A DNA stretch of 34,792 nt, taken from positions 1 to 34,792 of the forward strand of contig JBBIVV010000022.1 of assembly GCA_037439545.1 (NCBI GenBank), read 5' to 3'. Source of the DNA: a bacterium. Lineage in GTDB: Bacteria > JAMCPX01. Below are positions 17,759-26,196 of the stretch, piece after piece (positions within the stretch are counted from its first letter, which is position 1; every line of letters begins with the position of its first letter). Below the pieces are notes generated by a model that saw only the letters and a program-made list of their open reading frames with translations, was not told the origin of the DNA and did not search any database. The position numbers and the translations under genes were made by a program.

Positions 17759-18070
17759 ATGATATAATTGATATTTTTCAATTACTTAATTAAATATTTT
17801 GTGTGATATGTTGTGATTTTTTGCATAGAGTTATTACAAGAATGTCACATTGGGGAGTAAAAATCGATGTCTGATGGTGTCTTTTTACACAAAAACATAT
17901 AAAAAATATCATGTGTTTAAAATTATACAATTAAAATCAAAATATTCCTTGATTTCTATTTATTAAAATTGTAGATATTAGTTTAAATATAAAAGACAAG
18001 TCTAACGAAGCCTGTTTGTTGAAAACTAAACATTGGATTTGTTGTTCGCTATTTTTTAAAAGGGATTTTT

Positions 18071-20266
18071 ATGATACGACTTGATAGAGTTTTTAAAATT
18101 CTTATAATCGCATCAGTATCGCTTACGGCTTGTGCGATAGTATTGAACCTCTATACTGCCGAATTAAACGCAAAAGAGGATTCTCTAAGAGCCATTGTTC
18201 AATCTGAAAGAGGCGATATTGATACTATTGCTGTTTCAGTAAATAGTAATGCATCAGCGCGTGGTTTGACATCGATTATATACGATTTTGAAAAGAACAT
18301 ACAACTGTTATACACACAGGTGCATACGGATCCTGCTGCATTAATGAATATAAACAACATACGCTTGAAAGATAATCAATTAAAAGAAGGAATAAATAAA
18401 AACAGCCCTTTGATAATTACCAGGGCTGTTTACGGTATCCATAAAGAGCTTGACAAGCTCAGAGAAAATCAAGAGGTAAAGATCAATGTAGATGTGCGGT
18501 ATCTTTACCGATCCATTATTGTAGTGCTCGTGCTTATTATTATCCTTCTTGCTGCCCTGGTTTTCTATATTTATAAAATGTTTATCGTTCCTGTGAATAG
18601 CATCGTTCCGGTGCTTGAATCGGTAGAAAGTGGAAATTTATTAAAAAAGGTTGATATACCTGATAAAGGCCCGCTTGCAGTTTTCAAGATAACCATAAAT
18701 AAAATGATAGATAGCCTTGCACTTCACCATCTGCAGCAGAAGACAGCCATTGATGACCAGGGCAAGGATATTAAAAGGAAGGAATTTTATATCAATAATA
18801 TGCACAATGCCTTCAGTGTTCTCGATACAGAAAACAGAATAGTCGATATCAATCCGGCATTTACGGAGATGCTTGGCTACACGCGGCAGGAGATTATCGG
18901 CAGATCCGTGTTTGATTTGTTCGATGAGGATAACAAAAAAATAATTGTTCAGGAGTTTGAAAAACGCGAAAAGGGTCAAGCATCGACGTACGAGCTCAAC
19001 ATCCATGTAAAAGACGGAAGCTCTCTACCCATTATTACCAGTGGCGCGCCCCTTATAGAAGACGGCAAACTTGTCGGTAAGGTCGGGATATATACGGACG
19101 TAAGTTATTTAAAGTCACTGCAGGCAGAATTGGAACTGAAAAACAGAGAACTCGAGAAGTCAAACAAGGCAAAATCTGATTTTCTTGCAAGCATGTCCCA
19201 TGAGCTCAGGACACCGCTGAATGCCATTATCGGATTTTCAGAGGTGCTCCTTGAGCGGAATTTCGGCACTATTAATCAAAAACAGGAAGAGTATCTAAGA
19301 GATATCCTCGAAGCCGGAGAGCATCTGCTCTTGCTCATAAATGACATACTCGATCTTGCCCGGGTTGAATCCGGTCAGATGACATTCGAGCCGGTGGATT
19401 TCTATGTCAGGGACATTGTTGAACAGAGCGTTTCCATGATAAAAGAACGTGCATTGAAGCATCGTATAAACCTTACGTATGAAGTGCAGAGCGACATCGC
19501 CGTTATTTATGCGGATGAAAGGAAAATAAAGCAGGTACTTTATAATCTTCTTACGAATGCCATCAAATTCACGCCTGATAACGGCAGTATAAAGATTGTA
19601 GTGAATAAATCCGACGGCACCATTATGTTCAGCGTAGAGGATAGCGGTGTCGGGATCCCGGAAGAAGCCATGTCGAGATTATTTTATCCATTCTCCCAGA
19701 TCCGCCAGTTACATCCATCAATTCATGAGGGAACAGGTTTAGGGCTTTCTATAGTAAAGGCAATCGTAGAATTGCATGGCGGAGGGGTCTGGGTCGAGAG
19801 CAGGGTTGGCAAAGGGAGCAGGTTTGTATTTACAATCCCTGATCATATAAAACACAGTATCGGTTTAACCTACAGCAGGGAGAGGGATAAAAAAATTGAT
19901 GGAAACAAGATCCTCATCGTCGAAGATAACACTGCAATTATAAAACTTCTGAAAAGCTATCTTCAGGATGCAGGTTATATCGTTGAAGTTGCCGGTGACG
20001 GTGAACAGGCACTTTCAGAAGCTGTAAGGTTTAAGCCCGACATTATTACACTCAATCTTTCCATACCAAAGAAAAACGGATGGCTTGTGCTGAAATCACT
20101 TCAGGAATCTCAAGAAACCAGGGACATACCGGTCATCATTATTTCCTCGTTTGAAGAGGGCAGGGAGGCATTAAAACTCGGTGCATCGGCGTTTATATTA
20201 AAGCCTGTCGACCGGCAAACCCTGTTAAGAGAAATTTATAAAATTTCTAACTGGAGGCGTAGATGA
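18071..20266 (+). CDS. Hybrid sensor histidine kinase (2 TM-HAMP-PAS-HisKA-HATPase-REC)
   Basis: H box SHELRTPL, N box NLLTNAIKF, DSGVGI, GTGLGL; PAS 'INPAFTEMLGYTRQEIIG'; C-terminal receiver. Confidence 0.95.
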   Translation: MIRLDRVFKILIIASVSLTACAIVLNLYTAELNAKEDSLRAIVQSERGDIDTIAVSVNSNASARGLTSIIYDFEKNIQLLYTQVHTDPAALMNINNIRLKDNQLKEGINKNSPLIITRAVYGIHKELDKLRENQEVKINVDVRYLYRSIIVVLVLIIILLAALVFYIYKMFIVPVNSIVPVLESVESGNLLKKVDIPDKGPLAVFKITINKMIDSLALHHLQQKTAIDDQGKDIKRKEFYINNMHNAFSVLDTENRIVDINPAFTEMLGYTRQEIIGRSVFDLFDEDNKKIIVQEFEKREKGQASTYELNIHVKDGSSLPIITSGAPLIEDGKLVGKVGIYTDVSYLKSLQAELELKNRELEKSNKAKSDFLASMSHELRTPLNAIIGFSEVLLERNFGTINQKQEEYLRDILEAGEHLLLLINDILDLARVESGQMTFEPVDFYVRDIVEQSVSMIKERALKHRINLTYEVQSDIAVIYADERKIKQVLYNLLTNAIKFTPDNGSIKIVVNKSDGTIMFSVEDSGVGIPEEAMSRLFYPFSQIRQLHPSIHEGTGLGLSIVKAIVELHGGGVWVESRVGKGSRFVFTIPDHIKHSIGLTYSRERDKKIDGNKILIVEDNTAIIKLLKSYLQDAGYIVEVAGDGEQALSEAVRFKPDIITLNLSIPKKNGWLVLKSLQESQETRDIPVIIISSFEEGREALKLGASAFILKPVDRQTLLREIYKISNWRRR

Positions 20267-21678
20267 GGATATTAGTCGTTGAAGATGACAGCAAAAGCGC
20301 ACGGCTTATAAGGGATATTCTCGAACTGCGCGGGCATAGCATCATAGAGGCAAGCAATGGACTATCAGCGATGAGGATGATCAATGACCGCGTCCCCGAC
20401 CTTATATTTATGGACATTAATCTCCCGGGCATGGATGGCATTACGCTGACAAAACTTATTAAAACAAGTTCCAAGACCAACAAGATCCCTATAATAGCGC
20501 TCACAGCCGCAGCGATGAAAGGTGACCGGTCTCGTTTTGTACAGGCAGGCTGCGATGATTATATCAGTAAACCATTCCATGTAAGAGATGTACTCGACGT
20601 GCTTAATAAATACGGCGGGAGCACGGCACATGAGTCCCCGGTACAACCGCCCGTCGTACTTGCAGCGGATGACGGACCTCAGAACATAGAATTAATACAG
20701 GCAACATTATCACCTCTCGGTTATAATGTTATAAGTGCAAACAACGGCATCCAGGCCCTTGAAAAAATAAGGACCCTTCACCCCGATATTGCACTCATCA
20801 ATGTAATCATGCCCCAGTTGAACGGTATAGACGTGTGTAAGAATATCAAATCCGATGAATACTATTCTACAATACCCGTAATAATGATAACCGCATTGGA
20901 AGATGCGGATGCAAAAATGAGGGCCCTCTCAGCCGGTGCAGATGAATTTTTGACAAAGCCGATCGATCGTTCCGAGCTCATGTTAAGGGTCGGAAATCTT
21001 CTGAAGGTCAAAAAGCATATTGATAATCTGAACAATAAGATCCTTGAGAAGACACAGGAATTGCAGAAGATAAATACAGAGCTGAAAGATGCGAATGTCA
21101 ATATTATCTACAGATTATCAAAAGCAGTGGAATATATGGATGTCGATACCGGCAGCCATAATATACGGGTCAGCAGGTATGTTATGATTATAGCGAATGC
21201 ATTGGGGTTCCCGAAAGATGACGTCGAAACATTCTCCATTGCAAGCAGTATGCATGATATCGGCAAGATTGGTGTTCCCCTGTCCATACTTTTGAAGCAT
21301 TCGGCCTTGACAGAAGAAGAGTTTGAACAAGTTAAGATGCATACAAGGATAGGTGCAAATATCCTTCATGGTGGAAACTCAAAACTGCTCGATATAGCGG
21401 AGAAGATAGCACTTACGCACCATGAAAGGATGGATGGGACCGGTTATCCGGATGGATTGAAGGCAGATAACATACCTTTTGCCGGAAGAATTACTGCAGT
21501 GGCGGACGTATTCGATGCAATGACCATAAAAAGACCGTACAGAAATGCTATACCGATAGATCAGGCCGTTGAATTTATCAATGCAAACGCGGGCAAGCAA
21601 TTCGATCCACAGGTCGTAGATTCTTTAATAAACCATCTGAAAGATATTCTCGATGTAAAGTATCTCATGAAAGAATAA
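20263..21678 (+). CDS. REC-REC-HD-GYP cyclic-dinucleotide phosphodiesterase response regulator
   Basis: Two receiver domains, then HDIGKIG and HHERMDGTGYP; 4-bp overlap with the kinase. Confidence 0.92.
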   Translation: MRILVVEDDSKSARLIRDILELRGHSIIEASNGLSAMRMINDRVPDLIFMDINLPGMDGITLTKLIKTSSKTNKIPIIALTAAAMKGDRSRFVQAGCDDYISKPFHVRDVLDVLNKYGGSTAHESPVQPPVVLAADDGPQNIELIQATLSPLGYNVISANNGIQALEKIRTLHPDIALINVIMPQLNGIDVCKNIKSDEYYSTIPVIMITALEDADAKMRALSAGADEFLTKPIDRSELMLRVGNLLKVKKHIDNLNNKILEKTQELQKINTELKDANVNIIYRLSKAVEYMDVDTGSHNIRVSRYVMIIANALGFPKDDVETFSIASSMHDIGKIGVPLSILLKHSALTEEEFEQVKMHTRIGANILHGGNSKLLDIAEKIALTHHERMDGTGYPDGLKADNIPFAGRITAVADVFDAMTIKRPYRNAIPIDQAVEFINANAGKQFDPQVVDSLINHLKDILDVKYLMKE

Positions 21679-21743
21679 TTTCCACGATTATATCTAACCC
21701 ATAATTACTTGACTTAACAAGTTTTTAAAGTTACCGCTTTTCC

Positions 21744-22910
21744 ATGCACGGATTTTTCAATTTCATCCCTGTTTTTATGAACCATGGAAGTGTAGCTGCA
21801 CTCCATGCACTGTGGACATTCCCCGCTATTATTGTAATTGCTCTTATAATCGCATGGTCGGCGGAATCAGCCCAATATTTTATTTCACAGGGGCTTGCCC
21901 TTGCATTACTTGCATGGCTTCAGACAGCTCCGGAATTTATGGTTGAGGCTGATCTTGCATGGCACAAAGAGGTCCATCTGATGCTTGCCAACCTGACGGG
22001 TTCATTGAGGCTGCTGACAGGTGTCGGCCTGCCGCTCGTGTTTTTCGTATCGTATCTGTATAACAGAAGGCACAGGAACGGCACAACAATCAGGATAGAA
22101 AAAATACATTCCATAGAAATAGTGTTCTTTATGACAGGTATACTCTATCTTTTTGTCGTTTATCTGAAAGGAACCCTCACTGTGGTAGACGGTATGGTAA
22201 TGCTGGCTCTCTATCTTATGTATCTGTTTTTCCTTACGAAGCTGCCTTCGAGGGAGAAAGAAGAACAATCCCATATGGAGTATATACCGGCAAAGATTAT
22301 CGGCATGAAGGGAGTGTACCGGACTATGACCATAGGAATGCTTTTTGTCATAGGAGGGGCAGGGCTGGCATTCGTCGTAGACCCGTTTATTGAGAGTATG
22401 AAGAGTGTTGCACTTACCGCCGGCATATCGGAATTTATTTTTATTCAATGGGTATCTCCGTTTTTATCGGAGTTTCCGGAAAAATTGAGTGCATTCTATT
22501 GGGCAAAAAAGAGAGAAGGGGCAACGATGGGGCTTATGAATATAACATCATCAACCATAAACCAGCTCACGCTTCTGCCTGCATTGCTTCCTTTTATCTA
22601 TTCATACGCTATGGGGGGGGTAACGGCGATACAATTTGATGCTTACCAGAAGTCCGAACTGCTTCTTACTTTTGCACAGTGCAGTACAACAATGTTACTT
22701 TTGATTGACATGCGGTTCAGTTTATATGAAGCAGGTGGTATGTTTATTGTATGGTGTATACAATTTTTTATGCCCACCACGAGAGAACTTGTGACGGGAA
22801 TTTTTTTCGGTTGGGCATTCATAGAGGCTGCATTAATAATTTTTAGGATTAAAGGTATAGATGCAGCAGGCAATTTTGTCAGTACTTACAAAAAATATAT
22901 AAAAAATTAA
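21744..22910 (+). CDS. Ca2+:cation antiporter (CaCA) family protein
   Basis: Two alpha-repeat-like PE motifs (QTAPEF...NLTGS; SEFPEK...NITSS); about 10 hydrophobic segments. Confidence 0.75.
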   Translation: MHGFFNFIPVFMNHGSVAALHALWTFPAIIVIALIIAWSAESAQYFISQGLALALLAWLQTAPEFMVEADLAWHKEVHLMLANLTGSLRLLTGVGLPLVFFVSYLYNRRHRNGTTIRIEKIHSIEIVFFMTGILYLFVVYLKGTLTVVDGMVMLALYLMYLFFLTKLPSREKEEQSHMEYIPAKIIGMKGVYRTMTIGMLFVIGGAGLAFVVDPFIESMKSVALTAGISEFIFIQWVSPFLSEFPEKLSAFYWAKKREGATMGLMNITSSTINQLTLLPALLPFIYSYAMGGVTAIQFDAYQKSELLLTFAQCSTTMLLLIDMRFSLYEAGGMFIVWCIQFFMPTTRELVTGIFFGWAFIEAALIIFRIKGIDAAGNFVSTYKKYIKN

Positions 22911-22922
22911 AAAGGAGGAAGT

Positions 22923-25085
22923 ATGACACAGGAAGCACAAATTTTGACGTTCATCGTTGTGGTCAGTCTCATATCACTGGGATATGCGGGCTGGCTGGCA
23001 CGTTGGGTTCTTAAAAAGGATATGGGAACACCAAAGATGCAGGAGATTAGTAATGCGATCAAGGAAGGCGCTGTTGCCTTTTTGAACAGGCAGTATAAGA
23101 CGATCATATCGCTTGCAATCCTCACAGCAATCATCATCTTCGGTATATACTATGGTGTACAGAATAATGCGAGTCTTGCATGGAAAACAGGCATAGCCTT
23201 TATCTTCGGCTCTTTCTCATCAGCCCTCGCAGGTTATGTGGGCATGCATATCGCAATCAGATCAAATGTAAGAACAGCGGCAGCATCAACCCGGAGCCTC
23301 GATGAGGCTTTGAAGGTATCACTCCGCGGCGGCGCTGTTTCAGGTATAACCATCGTTGCAATGAGTCTGCTCGGTATATCGATATTGTTTTTGCTCTACG
23401 GCGGACTTTCAAACCCGGAACATGTACCCTATATGCTTGTTGGATACGGATTCGGTGCCAGTTTTGTCGCTTTGTTTGCCCAGCTTGGCGGTGGTATTTA
23501 TACAAAGGCCGCTGATGTCGGTGCTGACCTTGTCGGCAAGGTTGAGGCCGGCATTCCCGAGGATGACCCGAGAAACCCTGCTGTTATAGCAGACCTGGTT
23601 GGCGACAATGTCGGTGACTGTGCAGGAAGGGGAGCCGATCTGTTCGAATCGACTGCGGCGGAAAACATCGGTGCCATGATACTTGGTATTGCACTCTATC
23701 AGCATTTCGGAATAAAGGGTATTCTTTTCCCTCTGCTTGCAAGGGCGTTCGGTCTTATTGCAGCCATGTTTGGTGTAATTATCGTAAAGACAAAGGAAGA
23801 TGGAGAACCGATGCAGGCATTGAACAAGGGGTATTATCTTACCAGTATCCTTGCTGCAATCGGTTTTTATGTTGCGACAGACATGCTCCTGAACAACAAT
23901 ATATGGTTCTTCTACGCAGGGTTGGTGGGCATAGTAACAAGCATCCTGTTTGTTTTCATTACACAGTACTATACTGAATACAGATACAGACCGGTTAAAG
24001 AGATTGCAGAATCTGCAAAAACAGGACCTGCGACCGTTATTATTACCGGCTTTGCGGTTGCACTTGAGAATACCGTGCTGCCAGCCATAGTAATAGGCAT
24101 TGCCTTGATTATGTCGTACTACTTCGGACTGAAAGGCAGTGCACTTGAATTTGCCAATAACCCGGCATACGGCGCTATAACAGGCGGTGGTTTTTTTGGT
24201 ACAGCGATTGCGACCATGGGTATGCTTTCAACCTCAGCGTATGTTCTTGCAATGGACACCTTCGGTCCGATAACTGACAATGCAGGCGGTATCATAGAGA
24301 TGTCCGATCAGCCCGAAGCGATCAGGAAAAAGACAGACAAGCTCGATGCTGTCGGAAATACGACAAAGGCATTGACCAAAGGTTATGCAGTCGGCAGTGC
24401 GGCACTTGCTGCCTTCCTGCTCTTCAATGCGTACCTTGATGATGTAGGCGAATTGATGCAGAAATCCAAGAATTTTGCCGGTCAATCTGCACAGCAGATA
24501 TACGATATAGCACACACGATCAACCTGGCGGACGTCCACGTATTTGTTGCCGGGTTACTTGGTGCAATGCTCGTATTCATATTTGCGTCATTGGCTATAG
24601 CGGCGGTCGGGAAAGCGGCTTATTCGGTCATCAGCGATGTGCGGGCACAGTTTAAAGAGAACCCGGGCATTATGAAAGGCACATCAAAGCCAAATTACGG
24701 CAGAACAGTCGATATCGTTACCAGAACGGCACTGAAGAAGATGGTGCTCCCGGGTATATTGCCTATACTTTCACCGATTGTCATAGGATTGATATTCAGG
24801 GAATTTGGTTTTGGTGCACAGGCGGTTGCAGGCTTTATTATGGTTGCAACCATTGTAGGTGTACTCTTTGCGATTGTTTTGAACAACGGCGGTGGCGCAT
24901 GGGATAATGCAAAGAAGTATGTAGAAACCGGTGCACTCGGCGGCAAAGGCTCTGATGCACATAAGGCTGCGGTTGTCGGAGACACGGTAGGCGACCCATT
25001 CAAGGACACAGCTGGTCCATCGCTCCACGTTCTTATCAAATTACTGGCAACAGTAACCCTTGTTATGGCACCTTTGTTCCTGTAA
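22923..25085 (+). CDS. hppA: Membrane-bound H+-translocating pyrophosphatase, K+-independent type
   Basis: DVGADLVGKVE, DNVGD, DNAGG, GDTVGDPFKDTAGP; GNTTK (Lys) determinant; AAGGAGG SD. Confidence 0.95.
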   Translation: MTQEAQILTFIVVVSLISLGYAGWLARWVLKKDMGTPKMQEISNAIKEGAVAFLNRQYKTIISLAILTAIIIFGIYYGVQNNASLAWKTGIAFIFGSFSSALAGYVGMHIAIRSNVRTAAASTRSLDEALKVSLRGGAVSGITIVAMSLLGISILFLLYGGLSNPEHVPYMLVGYGFGASFVALFAQLGGGIYTKAADVGADLVGKVEAGIPEDDPRNPAVIADLVGDNVGDCAGRGADLFESTAAENIGAMILGIALYQHFGIKGILFPLLARAFGLIAAMFGVIIVKTKEDGEPMQALNKGYYLTSILAAIGFYVATDMLLNNNIWFFYAGLVGIVTSILFVFITQYYTEYRYRPVKEIAESAKTGPATVIITGFAVALENTVLPAIVIGIALIMSYYFGLKGSALEFANNPAYGAITGGGFFGTAIATMGMLSTSAYVLAMDTFGPITDNAGGIIEMSDQPEAIRKKTDKLDAVGNTTKALTKGYAVGSAALAAFLLFNAYLDDVGELMQKSKNFAGQSAQQIYDIAHTINLADVHVFVAGLLGAMLVFIFASLAIAAVGKAAYSVISDVRAQFKENPGIMKGTSKPNYGRTVDIVTRTALKKMVLPGILPILSPIVIGLIFREFGFGAQAVAGFIMVATIVGVLFAIVLNNGGGAWDNAKKYVETGALGGKGSDAHKAAVVGDTVGDPFKDTAGPSLHVLIKLLATVTLVMAPLFL

Positions 25086-25115
25086 GTGCGATAGTGAAAG
25101 ATTAGAAAGTTTATC

Positions 25116-25150
25116 AAAGCCCCCTGCCTGCGGCGGGGGGCTTTTTATTT
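25116..25150 (+). terminator. Intrinsic terminator after hppA
   Basis: GC-rich stem AAAGCCCCCTGCC/GGCGGGGGGCTTT followed by a T-tract. Confidence 0.85.
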
Positions 25151-25212
25151 CGTAGCGTCTCAGAACCGTTCCTTATTGCTTTTTTCCACTGTTGAGGTCT
25201 AAATAATAGTCT

Positions 25213-26145
25213 ATGAAGATTATATTTATGGGCAGCGCTGCTTTCAGCATACCGTCATTGGATGTCCTTATTACGTCGTCACACCATGTTGTCGGTGTAA
25301 TAACAAACCCGGGAAAACCGGCAGGCAGGGGGCTCAAAAACAAGTCTACGCCTGTTGCAGAATGTGCCGGTCGACATGACATCGATACCGTAACCCCGGT
25401 TACGTTAAGGAACAATAGTGAAACAGCAGAATGGATAAGGCGCCATGCCCCGGATGCTATCGTTGTCGTTGCCTATGGCAAATTAATACCGGCGGATATT
25501 TTGCATATACCTGCACTTGGATGCTTAAACTTGCATCCCTCACTCCTGCCGGAATACAGAGGGGCTGCACCAATCCAGAGGGCTCTTATGCATGGAGATA
25601 TGCGAACAGGAGTGACTATCATGCAGCTTGATGAAGGAATGGACAGCGGCCCTCTTTTTATGCAGGAAGAAACCGGTATTGTATCTGCTGATGATGCTAT
25701 GACTCTCGGGGCAAAACTTTCAAAACTCGGCGCTGAGATGCTCATAAAGACTTTGTCATCAATAGAACAAAGAAAAATTCAGTCTATGCCACAGGCGCAT
25801 GAACTTGCCACTTTTGCCCCGAAGATAGACAAGACGGAAGGAGAGCTTCATTTCAGTAAATCAGCCTTGGAACTACACAACACAGTAAGGGCGTTGATTG
25901 AATGGCCCACTGCATGGACCTTCTATAAGGGGAGCATACTACAGGTATTAAAGACAGAGCCGGTTGCCGGGCAGTCTGTCTATCCGCCTGCAACGATTAC
26001 CGGGATAGACAAAGCGGGAATTTCTGTTGCGACAGGCCAAGGTACCCTTCTTATAAAGTCCGTGAAGCCCGCAGGTAGCAGGGAAATGGATGCCCTGAGC
26101 TATGCACACGGGAAAAGGTTAAAAATCGGGGAAGTATTCGTATAA
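25213..26145 (+). CDS. fmt: Methionyl-tRNA formyltransferase
   Basis: MKIIFMGS, PAGRG, VVAYG, NLHPSLLPEYRGAAPIQ, MDSGP. Confidence 0.95.
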   Translation: MKIIFMGSAAFSIPSLDVLITSSHHVVGVITNPGKPAGRGLKNKSTPVAECAGRHDIDTVTPVTLRNNSETAEWIRRHAPDAIVVVAYGKLIPADILHIPALGCLNLHPSLLPEYRGAAPIQRALMHGDMRTGVTIMQLDEGMDSGPLFMQEETGIVSADDAMTLGAKLSKLGAEMLIKTLSSIEQRKIQSMPQAHELATFAPKIDKTEGELHFSKSALELHNTVRALIEWPTAWTFYKGSILQVLKTEPVAGQSVYPPATITGIDKAGISVATGQGTLLIKSVKPAGSREMDALSYAHGKRLKIGEVFV

Positions 26146-26159
26146 CGGGCCGTAAGCAA

Positions 26160-26186
26160 AAAGGGTGTCCCGGCGGGACACCCTTT
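26160..26186. terminator. Bidirectional terminator between convergent fmt and cytochrome genes
   Basis: Perfect 12-bp IR AAAGGGTGTCCC-GGC-GGGACACCCTTT. Confidence 0.85.
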
Positions 26187-26196
26187 ATATGAAAAG

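Noticed and set aside
17557..18070. c-di-GMP or other riboswitch in the large intergenic region
   Set aside because: No GEMM-type two-hairpin consensus; AT-rich and better explained by promoters plus the small ORF
22923..25085. Sodium-translocating PPase call
   Set aside because: Na+-PPases belong mainly to the K+-dependent GNxxA group; this sequence has GNTTK
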